Assembly (NCBI GenBank): GCA_015490995.1
Contig: WFWT01000007.1
Coordinates: forward strand, 13,671 to 77,670
Origin: Anaerolineae bacterium
GTDB lineage: Bacteria > Chloroflexota > Anaerolineae > JAADDB01
Reading direction: 5' to 3'
Length of the DNA: 64,000 nt
Below, in pieces: positions 30,289 through 39,375 of this stretch. The notes under the pieces are model-generated. The model did not search any database. It worked only from the letters and a program-made list of their open reading frames with translations, and was not told where the DNA came from. Within the stretch, counting starts at the first letter, position 1. Every line of letters starts with the position of its first letter. Position numbers and translations under genes: made by a program.

Positions 30289-30591
30289 CTAAAAATACCG
30301 GGAGATGAACCGTCCTACGGAACGTATGCTGGTCAGACCCGCAAGGGCTAACAAGAGCCAGATACACTTGAGGAGACCCAACATCCACAGCTGGCTCTCG
30401 GTTGAGGGTGAGGAGAAGACCTCCCAAAGCCACACATTGAAGGAGTAATCGAGCTCGGCGTACTCGGTCAGGAACGTACGCAGGGCCTCCACTGTTTGCT
30501 CAAGCTCGGTAAGCGTTGCGGTGGTGGCCTCCGCCTCGCTCACGAGGAGGAACACCAGGATGAACGCCAATCCCAGCCATAAGAGCCGCAT
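30289..30591 (-). CDS. Small hypothetical membrane protein (signal peptide plus C-terminal TM)
   Basis: GAGGG RBS, hydrophobic N-terminus ending AEA, hydrophobic C-terminus. Confidence 0.6.
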   Translation of the reverse strand: MRLLWLGLAFILVFLLVSEAEATTATLTELEQTVEALRTFLTEYAELDYSFNVWLWEVFSSPSTESQLWMLGLLKCIWLLLALAGLTSIRSVGRFISRYF

Positions 30592-30803
30592 CGGTCTTCC
30601 CTCACCACTTGCCGACGTTCGGCATCCTCGACACGGAGTCTGTGTGGGCCTGTCATACCGGCCACCGAGACGGTCGGCTGGTGCGCGAACGTCGGGTGTG
30701 TATTACCGGTACGGTTGCGTGCGGCTCGTAGGTGGGAGGCCCGTTCACCCTATAATGTCCTCCCCGCCGCGGCTGAGGTTATCAAGAGGGGCAAATTGGC
30801 AAT

Positions 30804-31700
30804 CTACAGGGCAATGTCCGGGTTCTTCTCGTCCCCCCCAGGCCAGGGGGTTAAGCGAACGACTGAAGGATGAGGTCCGCGACGGGGAGGCAACGAACCT
30901 AAGGGCAGCCATAGGGCAAGATAGAGAGGGCCGGCTTGAGTGAGAAGGGGGTGTACCACGAGGAACCACTGACGCCCTCCCCACTCGAAGAATGCATCTG
31001 CCAGGTTAAGGTGCTCACACGCGTCCCAGAAGGCCTGAATAGTCTCTCTGTGGTCCTCAAACAGGTATTGCATCAATTCGCTCCAGTAGGGTGCCGTTCG
31101 GTACGGAAACACGGCCACCCGCAGATGGCGGGCCAGGTTTACCCGTAAGCGCTGGGGAAGCGTGGGGGTAGTACATAGCACCCGCCACAGGTTGGCGTAA
31201 AAGGGGACATCATCCGGTATCAAACGGCGTAAGTTCAAGTGAGACATGGCCTCCTCATTGGCCAGAACGACATCCCCAAAGGCATCGTGGACCCACGCCG
31301 GCATGACGATCTCATCCAGCAGCGTGTACAGAACCCGCTGGGCCTCGTTGGGGGACCAGCAGGAAGCGTACGTCTGTCTTGTGTCGAAGTGAGGGGATTG
31401 GGCCAGGAGGAAGGCCCGTTCTTCGGGGAGGAGGTGGTAGATTTCGGCCACGATGTCCAGCCAATGCATGCTCTCAGGGCGTACCTCCCCGCGTTCTGCC
31501 AGCCGGATGGTTTCCCTGGTGACGCGAGTGGAGGTATCGGGCAGGCGTTCCTGGATCAATTGGGCCAACCCATCGCGCGTGAGAGTGATGGATTCCTCCG
31601 TCGCCTGTCTTCCGCGGGAGCCGCGGCTGCGGGTTGTGTAAGGAGCGCCACCGGTAAGGCGCAGGCTTTCGAGCAAACGGCCGAGCGTCGTCCGTTTCAT
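30804..31700 (-). CDS. MmyB-like transcriptional regulator (XRE HTH plus PAS-like ligand-binding domain)
   Basis: LGRLLESLR...AERG..P HTH, L.PEERAFL, PAWVHDAFGDVVLAN and NLWR; GGAGG RBS. Confidence 0.7.
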   Translation of the reverse strand: MKRTTLGRLLESLRLTGGAPYTTRSRGSRGRQATEESITLTRDGLAQLIQERLPDTSTRVTRETIRLAERGEVRPESMHWLDIVAEIYHLLPEERAFLLAQSPHFDTRQTYASCWSPNEAQRVLYTLLDEIVMPAWVHDAFGDVVLANEEAMSHLNLRRLIPDDVPFYANLWRVLCTTPTLPQRLRVNLARHLRVAVFPYRTAPYWSELMQYLFEDHRETIQAFWDACEHLNLADAFFEWGGRQWFLVVHPLLTQAGPLYLALWLPLGSLPPRRGPHPSVVRLTPWPGGDEKNPDIAL

Positions 31701-31775
31701 GAAGCCTCCCCTCCTGCCGATGAGATGAAGGGTGGACGTCATGACGCACACGCGCGCGACGTCCACCCTGAACGG

Positions 31776-32237
31776 TTATTTCCTTAACATCTGCTGAAGG
31801 GTCGTCTGCAGCTCGGCGAGCTCCTTTTCCGACAGGTCTAATTGCGCCAGCACGTGTTCCACAGAGCATTGATGGCGTTGACATACATCATACAACAACT
31901 TAAGCACTACCGGCCGGAATTCTCTATCGGCCAACAACCGACGAACAAGACGAAGCACCTGCTCCTCCGTAAGTGTGGCCAACACGTTGTTGCTGTCCAG
32001 GAGTGGATTGCTGGGAGAACCGTTTGCCTTGGCGTTGTCGCCCGTGGAGAACGGTGATGTGCTGTGGGATACACCAGTGGAGGTCATGGCAAAGAGCGTA
32101 GCGAGAACAGAACTTTTGATAATAATGGGGATAACCACCATAACCGGTAATATCGTCAACAATCCGAGCAACAGTAAACCCAGCAACGTCCAAGCTCCCC
32201 TGGGGCGTCGCACCGTCCCGTACACTCGCTGACGCAT
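31776..32237 (-). CDS. Hypothetical membrane-anchored protein
   Basis: AGGAGGT RBS, TM helix, S/T linker and helical C-terminal domain with CxxHxC. Confidence 0.7.
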   Translation of the reverse strand: MRQRVYGTVRRPRGAWTLLGLLLLGLLTILPVMVVIPIIIKSSVLATLFAMTSTGVSHSTSPFSTGDNAKANGSPSNPLLDSNNVLATLTEEQVLRLVRRLLADREFRPVVLKLLYDVCQRHQCSVEHVLAQLDLSEKELAELQTTLQQMLRK

Positions 32238-32344
32238 GTTCCACCTCCTGTTTCGACCATTCCCAGTATATATCTCTGTCACACGGCAACACCTGGACGA
32301 GGGAGCTGCCTCCTATCCTCCCTGACCGCACTCTAATCACCCGC

Positions 32345-32608
32345 TCACTGCTCCGTTTCGCCGTACCACCCGGTTGGCCCGATGAACGGCCGAAGGAGCA
32401 CAGGATTGGAGGGGAAGGCTTTGGGAGCTGTACTGTCCCTGTGACGTTGTGCGGGGTGACGCGGATGCGGGAAAAAGGCTCGCCCGTCCTTCAGGGAGGG
32501 GACGGGCGAGCTGGGCCAGATACCCCGCACGAGCCGCGCCACAGCCGGGTGTGCCGGCATGTAGCCATACGCTTTCAACCACGCCTTAGGCTGTTTAGAA
32601 GGTGGCAT
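32345..32608 (-). CDS. Possible small Pro-rich hypothetical protein
   Basis: AGGAG 6 nt upstream of ATG; no recognisable motif. Confidence 0.35.
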   Translation of the reverse strand: MPPSKQPKAWLKAYGYMPAHPAVARLVRGIWPSSPVPSLKDGRAFFPHPRHPAQRHRDSTAPKAFPSNPVLLRPFIGPTGWYGETEQ

Positions 32609-32992
32609 AACGGTCTCCTACGAGCTTCCGATGCTCTCCGGAGGCCACCTCCGTCGGGAGAGGCCACTCATTCTTTAAAGGCGCCAGCCAAGGATAATTA
32701 CCGGTTTGGAGACCAAAAATACCCCTCTTGATCGAACGTTTTTGGCAATTCGAGGATGAACTCCTCGCCACCGAGGCGGTCGTCGCGGGCATTTGGGGGC
32801 TGTGACATCCCTGTGGGGCCTGAGGACGATAAGTGGAGTAATTTTCTCCTATTTGGCGCGTCTATCCCTCAATATCAGGGTTAATACTATGGGAAGGGGT
32901 GTGTGGTGTACCGGCATGTGCTGCCCGGCAGACATGTGGGTACACCGTGGGGGCATCGCTCGTCGGGGCACCTGGCCCGGGAGGGTAGGCGT

Positions 32993-33649
32993 ATGGTTAT
33001 GGCCACTCACACGGTTCCCTGTGAGCTGGACGCGCGCCACCTCTGCTGGTTTACGTGCCCGTTTCTCCCCCTCTTCTTCCGAGGAGAGGACACACCTGTG
33101 GGCACGGGGACGTGTGAATATCGTTTTACGCGCTCTGTCCAGTTCCTGGTGCGTAGCATCAACCGCCAGGACCGGAAGCGAAGCGGTCAGCTCGATCTTC
33201 TGCAAGCCGAGATTGAGGCTCGCCGGTGGCTGGAGTACATGGCGCGGTGGGGGGTGTTGGCTCACCTGGACCTGAAGACCCTGAAAAAACGGCTGGCCCG
33301 CCACATCAAACGCACCGCGCTCGACCCGTGCCAGAGCGATGTGGACATGCATCGACTGGTGGACCGACGGGGAGATCCCGCGATACAGCTGTCTCTTCAT
33401 GAAATCGTGGAGGAGGTAAGCACCAAGTGGGCCCAGACCGTGAAGCGGTACGGCGACCTTAACCCGGAGGACCAGGACCTTGCCATATGTGCTTTCAATG
33501 AAGTGCTCATAATCCTGGTCCAAGAGAGTGTGGAGGAGAACACGTCCCCGCGCACACTGCTTCAACGTAGATTAGAAGCATTGGGCGCCAGCGCCGAAGT
33601 GCAAAAGGAGGTTATGCGGTTGTTAGACACATTCCTCGATGTGTGGTGA
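32993..33649 (+). CDS. Hypothetical protein with a Cys-rich N-terminus and helical C-terminal domain
   Basis: GGAGG RBS before ATG 32993; C-x7-C-x3-C...C cluster. Confidence 0.7.
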   Translation: MVMATHTVPCELDARHLCWFTCPFLPLFFRGEDTPVGTGTCEYRFTRSVQFLVRSINRQDRKRSGQLDLLQAEIEARRWLEYMARWGVLAHLDLKTLKKRLARHIKRTALDPCQSDVDMHRLVDRRGDPAIQLSLHEIVEEVSTKWAQTVKRYGDLNPEDQDLAICAFNEVLIILVQESVEENTSPRTLLQRRLEALGASAEVQKEVMRLLDTFLDVW

Positions 33650-33726
33650 TGGCCATCACCACGACCGGGGATCCCTTGCCTGCCGGGCGGCGTTCGGTGA
33701 CCGGACGCCGCCCGACCTTTGTTTCC

Positions 33727-36234
33727 TCAAGGCACCCGGTATATCGCGCTGTCCCCTTGTTCCCATACCTTTTCCAGCACTCGGTCGAACACACCTTGAC
33801 GTGCCGGGGAGATGCCGTACTTCTGGCGTTCCATGGTGCCTACCACGAGGTAGGCTACGTTGTACCGACGCAGCAAGGCCAGCAATGTGTCCCCCTGAGC
33901 TTGGGTGTAGATGCGCTCAATATCCGCGGCGCGCGTGCCCGCTTGACGTTGCAGCGCGGCCCCCCGCCATTGCAGCTCATGGAAGTCCCACCCGAACAAC
34001 GTCGGCCGGCCGGTGAAGGCAGCCACCCGACCAAAGAAGGTGTATGAGCCCCCAGTGGCTTCCAATACCACATCAGAGGGTCGAGTGTTGGCCCGCACCC
34101 ACTGAATGATCGCGTAATCCTCCGGGTACGTTTGGGCCACCCAGGCTTCTCCGTCCAGCGTCGGACCCACCATCCCCAGCTGTGAGCGCGCCGGAATTGC
34201 CAGCACGGTGTACACCAGGCCCAGCGCAAGGGCGAGACCGGCCAACACCATACCCGCCGAACGGACAAAGCCCATTTGTGTGTGCCACCACCGGGCCAGC
34301 GCCCACACCCCAGCGACAGACCACAACATCCAGGCTTGGTAATAGAACTTGAAGACCGTGTTCATCCGGGTGCCAAACAGGTCTTTGATGTACACAAACT
34401 CGACCGCGTAGGTGAGCAGCAAACCGAGGACTACCAGCAACAGAGCAAACACCTCATGGGAGAGTGTCCTGCCCTCTTCGCTCCCCTCCTCGGCCGTCAG
34501 CCGAGACCACAGGTGCGCGAGGGACCACGCCAACAACGCCCCCAAGGCCAGGAAAGTCCACGGGTTTTGCACACGCCGTCGCAACACGAACCACAACAGC
34601 TCAGGCACCGAACGACCGGCCACATTTTGCTGGACCACCGGATGACTGAGTACCTGTTGCAGAAATTCCCGGCCGGGGGGAAGGAACGTGTACATCAGGA
34701 CCAAAAGCCCAACTATCACCCAGGGGATGGCCCACACCGCCAACAGCCACCGCCCGAAACGCCCTGGGTGAACTCCCCGTCCCAAGGTCAACCATAACAG
34801 CGCCAGCAGACCCAACAACGGCCCAAACATTACCAGGAACTGCGGCCAACGGGTAGGGTTAAACAGGTTGGGTAACAACCCGCTGGCTTGAGACTGGAAG
34901 CCCAGGTAAAAGGGCAGATACAGCACAAAACCCAGTATGGCCAGCACCAGCCCCTCTCGCAACGCCTCTCCCAGAGCAATGAGGGGGGAGCGTTCATTCG
35001 TGGCGACGCGCCGCACGGCCAGCACGCCCACGATCAGCGTCCAGTATATGGGAAAGTCCCACGTGTTTAGGAAGGCCAATCCGCCCAACACCAGACTGTA
35101 CAGGAGGGTCAACCCCCACGAGAAGGGCCACCGTATCTGCCATCGACCCAGGGTCAGGTGATACCTCCCTGCAGCATGGTCCTGTGCGGTGTAAAAGAGG
35201 GTCAACGCGAGGCCTATGGTCAAGAGTACAAAGGGAAGCACCAGCACGTGAGGGTGCATATCCCCCAGGATAAACGAAAACGCGGGAAACTCGTCGATGA
35301 CCTCCATGGTATTTCCCTGCAAGTCCCGGTCGTGGATTACCCGGGAGGCCTGCCACCACCAGATAAAGCGCTGGGGTACCCAGCTCGGCGGTTGGGCCGG
35401 GTCATAGGGGACGTTGATGTTTCGAATGTCCAGCCATTGCCAGAATCCTACCGGCAGCAGACGCCGCGCGTACAGCACTTCCAGGAATCCTTCCCAGTTG
35501 CCCATAAGGGTGACAACCCCTGCACCCGCTCCACCCCAACGAACCCAACGTCCCAGGTGCGTGCGCCAGCTCTCCTCGCGTGTGCGGAGCACCCATCCGC
35601 CAATTAAGCCCAGCGCGGCGACAAAGGTCAGCGCGAACCAGGAGGCAAACCCGATGTTAAACCCTACCGATGCCGGCACCTGGGCCAAGGTGATCAGACC
35701 CCCAATCAGCACGTAACCGAAGTAGTAATAACTGATGGCGTAACCGGCCAGCCATGGGTCCTGAGGCGGAAACTGACGGGAGGCAAGGACGCCGTTGATA
35801 AAGGTGATCTCCATAAACTTTTCTCCCCCCGCAGTAGCAATGTCCGGGCTCTGGGCACGCACGTATGCCCACGCCAGGAAAGCGAGAAGAAACACGGTTT
35901 CAGCCACCAAAATGGCCGGCCAGTGGGCCTGTAACCACCGCCAGAGAGGACGTTCTCCCCGCTCATTGCGCCGCAGGCCGTTTCGTCCCATCCACGCGGC
36001 CACCGCGGTCACGATGAGCAACGCGCCCAGCGCGCCCCCAAAGGTGTTGGGCAACACGCCCAAAGTGGCCCCTAACCACAGAACGTATCCCCACAGTAAC
36101 AAGCCCACGGAACGGGTCAGGGTAACCCCTCTGTCCGGCAGCACGTGTAACCACCGCCAGGTCAGGGGAAAAGCCAGCCAGCCGATCACCGCCATCCAGA
36201 ACCACCACTTCAGCAACATCCACGCGGTCGCCAT
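33727..36234 (-). CDS. DUF2298/Chlor_Arch_YYY polytopic membrane protein
   Basis: GGEKFME, PPQDPWLAG, SYYYFG, EFPAFSF..GDMHPH, NTWDFP and RMNTVFKFYYQ. Confidence 0.9.
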   Translation of the reverse strand: MATAWMLLKWWFWMAVIGWLAFPLTWRWLHVLPDRGVTLTRSVGLLLWGYVLWLGATLGVLPNTFGGALGALLIVTAVAAWMGRNGLRRNERGERPLWRWLQAHWPAILVAETVFLLAFLAWAYVRAQSPDIATAGGEKFMEITFINGVLASRQFPPQDPWLAGYAISYYYFGYVLIGGLITLAQVPASVGFNIGFASWFALTFVAALGLIGGWVLRTREESWRTHLGRWVRWGGAGAGVVTLMGNWEGFLEVLYARRLLPVGFWQWLDIRNINVPYDPAQPPSWVPQRFIWWWQASRVIHDRDLQGNTMEVIDEFPAFSFILGDMHPHVLVLPFVLLTIGLALTLFYTAQDHAAGRYHLTLGRWQIRWPFSWGLTLLYSLVLGGLAFLNTWDFPIYWTLIVGVLAVRRVATNERSPLIALGEALREGLVLAILGFVLYLPFYLGFQSQASGLLPNLFNPTRWPQFLVMFGPLLGLLALLWLTLGRGVHPGRFGRWLLAVWAIPWVIVGLLVLMYTFLPPGREFLQQVLSHPVVQQNVAGRSVPELLWFVLRRRVQNPWTFLALGALLAWSLAHLWSRLTAEEGSEEGRTLSHEVFALLLVVLGLLLTYAVEFVYIKDLFGTRMNTVFKFYYQAWMLWSVAGVWALARWWHTQMGFVRSAGMVLAGLALALGLVYTVLAIPARSQLGMVGPTLDGEAWVAQTYPEDYAIIQWVRANTRPSDVVLEATGGSYTFFGRVAAFTGRPTLFGWDFHELQWRGAALQRQAGTRAADIERIYTQAQGDTLLALLRRYNVAYLVVGTMERQKYGISPARQGVFDRVLEKVWEQGDSAIYRVP

Positions 36235-36474
36235 AGTGCCCCCCGTCTCCCATGTGCAGGCTATCGTTCAAGATTGTACGTCTTCCAGGGACTTCAGGCC
36301 AGCCTTTTCCTTACCCGGTGCGGCCGGTGCATCTTCGTGAGGGCGCGGTTTAATGGGATATCCTCCCGGAACCGGAGGGACTTTTTTGTCTATCGCTGTT
36401 TACCAAAATATGACACACTAACTCCTAAATCGGTTGCTTTTGATGATCGAACCACAGGAGGGGCTCCGCACAAT

Positions 36475-36503
36475 TTGGCAGGTATATAGCGTTTCGGTAT
36501 AAT
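36475..36503 (+). promoter_or_regulatory. Promoter for the acyl-CoA ligase gene
   Basis: TTGGCA-N17-TATAAT. Confidence 0.6.
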
Positions 36504-36661
36504 GCATGCACACTTATTCGTCCCCCAAAATCAGCCATAAGCCCACTGGAGCGCGTTACAGCCTGATATCCTGCATGATCACTTCGTTCCTGTGAGCGAG
36601 GCATCAATGTCACAGGTTGGTAACACGGCACGGTGTGACCTCATCTCAGGGAGGAGGTATC

Positions 36662-38431
36662 ATGAGCACACCACAGGAGAGGCCCTGGTACGCGTTTTAT
36701 GACGAAGGCGTCCCACGCACAGTGGAGGTGCCGGATGTACCGCTGTTTCAGATGGTGGACGACGCGGCCCGGGAGTTTCCAGACAACCTGGCAGTGAAAA
36801 TGGTACTTCGCTACCTGCCCTTAGGGCTCAGCATCCACGCCAGCTTGACGTACCGCCATCTCCAGGACCACATTGACCGGTTTGCCGCGGGATTGGCCCA
36901 GCTCGGAGTCCAGAAAGGGGATCGGGTAGCCGTCATGCTTCCCAACACTCCCCAGTACGTCATCGCCTTCTTCGGCACCCTGAAAGCAGGCGGCATTCTC
37001 GTTAACGTCAACCCCACCTACACCCCACGCGAGCTGGCCCACCAGTTGAAAGATGCTGGCGCAGAGACGATAGTGATGTTGAGCAGCCTGTACGAACGGT
37101 TGCAGGCTGTGCAAGACTCGGTGCCAACCCGCCAGGCGATCATTACCGACGTCCACGACTACGTTGGTTTCCCCTTCAAAGGTCTGGTCGCCAAACGACT
37201 CCGCAAGGAGGGCTTGCTGGTGGACGTCCCCGAGGGCGAGGGGGTGTATCACTGGCGCACCGTGCTCAACATGGGGAGCCACCCCCCAACCGTGACCGTT
37301 GCCCCGGACGATGTCGCCCTGTTTCAATATACCGGTGGGACAACCGGCGTTCCCAAGGCAGCCATGCTCACCCATCGCAACCTGGTGGCCAACACGGTGC
37401 AAGTGGCCGCGTGGATGCCTACCCTCCGTCGCGGGGAACCTAGGGTCATGGGGGCCTTACCCTTCTTTCACGTCTACGGCATGACCGTGGCCCTGCTGTT
37501 GGGCATGTACATCGCCGGAACGGTGATCATGGTGCCCAACCCGAGGCCCATTGACACGGTCATGCAGGTGCTTCACCACGAACGCTGCAACCTCTTCCCC
37601 GGCGTCCCCACGATGTACACGGCCATTATCAACCATCCAGAAGTGCACAAGTACGACCTGCGCAGCATTGAAGCGTGCTTGAGCGGTGCGATGGCCCTGC
37701 CGGTGGAGGTCCAGCGCCGCTTTGAGGAAATCACCGGCGGACACCTGGTAGAAGGCTACGGTCTTACCGAGGCGTCCCCCGTTACCCACTGTAATCCTAT
37801 CTACGGCAAGCGCAAGGCGGGTTCCATCGGCATTCCTTTCCCCAGCACCGATGCCCGGATCGTGGACATGGAAACCGGTGAACCGCTCCCTCCCGGTAAC
37901 GTAGGGGAACTGTGCGTGAAAGGACCACAGGTCATGAAGGGGTACTGGAATCGCCCCGAAGAGACCACGTTGGTCCTGGACGAGGAGGGCTGGCTACACA
38001 CCGGAGACATCGCGCGCATGGACGAGGAAGGCTACTTCTACATTGTGGACCGTAAGAAGGACATCATCATCGCCAGCGGATATAACATCATTCCACGTGA
38101 GGTAGAAGAAGTCCTCTACATGCACCCCAAAGTGATGGAAGCCGCGGTGGTGGGCGTACCCGACCCCTATCGGGGAGAAACGGTTAAAGCTTATATCGTG
38201 CTGAAGGAAGGTGAGCAAGCCACGGCGGAGGAGATCATCGACTTCTGCAAGGAACACCTCGCGCCTTATAAGGTTCCCAAACTGGTGGAATTCCGCAGCG
38301 AACTGCCTAAGAGCCAAGTGGGTAAAATCCTGCGACGCGTGTTGGTGGAGGAGGAAAAGCGCAAACTGGCCGCCCAACAGGAGTCTCGAGACGCCTCTGA
38401 AGCGCCCCCTGTAGAGGCTCCCTCAGGGTAG
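36662..38431 (+). CDS. fadD: Long-chain fatty acid--CoA ligase
   Basis: YTGGTTGVPK, EGYGLTE, WLHTGD and LPKSQVGKILRR. Confidence 0.92.
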   Translation: MSTPQERPWYAFYDEGVPRTVEVPDVPLFQMVDDAAREFPDNLAVKMVLRYLPLGLSIHASLTYRHLQDHIDRFAAGLAQLGVQKGDRVAVMLPNTPQYVIAFFGTLKAGGILVNVNPTYTPRELAHQLKDAGAETIVMLSSLYERLQAVQDSVPTRQAIITDVHDYVGFPFKGLVAKRLRKEGLLVDVPEGEGVYHWRTVLNMGSHPPTVTVAPDDVALFQYTGGTTGVPKAAMLTHRNLVANTVQVAAWMPTLRRGEPRVMGALPFFHVYGMTVALLLGMYIAGTVIMVPNPRPIDTVMQVLHHERCNLFPGVPTMYTAIINHPEVHKYDLRSIEACLSGAMALPVEVQRRFEEITGGHLVEGYGLTEASPVTHCNPIYGKRKAGSIGIPFPSTDARIVDMETGEPLPPGNVGELCVKGPQVMKGYWNRPEETTLVLDEEGWLHTGDIARMDEEGYFYIVDRKKDIIIASGYNIIPREVEEVLYMHPKVMEAAVVGVPDPYRGETVKAYIVLKEGEQATAEEIIDFCKEHLAPYKVPKLVEFRSELPKSQVGKILRRVLVEEEKRKLAAQQESRDASEAPPVEAPSG

Positions 38432-39358
38432 CGGGGGAAGGTCCAGCGCCTGGGCAAGGACGCGGGCCACGTCGTCCAGGCGCTGGACCGGTGTAAAGCG
38501 CGCCTGGGGCTCAGGGCCGATCAGGAGGGTAGGCACCGGGTTCACGGTGTGACGCCGGGTGCGCAAGTCCTCAAAGTTTCCGTGATCGCTGGTGATGACA
38601 ACCAGCGTTTGGGAGAGGTCCAGCGCGCTGAAGAGACTTGCCAGAAAACGATCCAGCAAGCTGAGAAAGCGAAGACATTCCCCTCGATCCCGTCGGTGGC
38701 CCAGCATGTCGGGCACCCACTGGTCCACCACCACCAGGTGGTGTTCCGCGGTTAATGCTGCTACGATGTGACCGCTCTCCTCGGGGGTGCGCAGGGGCAT
38801 GTCCGGATATCCGAGCTGATTTCGCCACGCGGTGTTGGTGAAATCCACGCTAATAGCCTCGCCCCGAGCCAGATCCTCCGCGGTGCGAAGACGGACGCCC
38901 GCTGCCCGGGCGGCGTAAGCCAGGGCTCCGGGCAGCCGTTTTCCCCGGGCAACGGCCTTAAAATAACGGGCAGGGTACGCATTGGCAAAGGCGACCTGCA
39001 GGTTGGCGGCTCGTGCTCGGTGGAACAACGTATCCCGCTCTAACAACGAACGCACCCTGGCATCGGGGCGCGGCCCGTAGTGCTCACCGAGCAGCGCGGG
39101 CACATTGCAACCGGTCAACAACGTGGCCTGCCCGGTGGCACTTTGTGGCAGCCCCGGCACCCCCATCGTAGCGTCTGTAGCCCAGAGGACGGCCCCCTTG
39201 CCCATGAGAGAGGTTATTTCCCCGCTGAGGGCTACCGTGTCGAAGAAGGGGTGAAGGGCCTCGAGGGGCCGTGCCACCAAGGGATTGACTTCTGGGTCGC
39301 TTGGCCCCAACCCGACACCGTCGAGAAAGAGCAACACGACACGCAATCGCTCGCCCAC
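38423..39358 (-). CDS. Alkaline-phosphatase-superfamily metalloenzyme (phosphomutase-like)
   Basis: LFLDGVGLG, PQSATGQ, DMLGH, TSDHGN and HTVNPVP; GTG start after GGAGG. Confidence 0.8.
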   Translation of the reverse strand: MGERLRVVLLFLDGVGLGPSDPEVNPLVARPLEALHPFFDTVALSGEITSLMGKGAVLWATDATMGVPGLPQSATGQATLLTGCNVPALLGEHYGPRPDARVRSLLERDTLFHRARAANLQVAFANAYPARYFKAVARGKRLPGALAYAARAAGVRLRTAEDLARGEAISVDFTNTAWRNQLGYPDMPLRTPEESGHIVAALTAEHHLVVVDQWVPDMLGHRRDRGECLRFLSLLDRFLASLFSALDLSQTLVVITSDHGNFEDLRTRRHTVNPVPTLLIGPEPQARFTPVQRLDDVARVLAQALDLPPLP

Positions 39359-39375
39359 GTCGTCGCCCTCCAGGA

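Noticed and set aside
29744..33649. Prophage or mobile element
   Set aside because: No integrase, transposase, tRNA target or flanking direct repeats seen
32993..33649. ECF sigma factor
   Set aside because: Only a faint LNPEDQ resemblance to region 4; no region 2 motif or HTH
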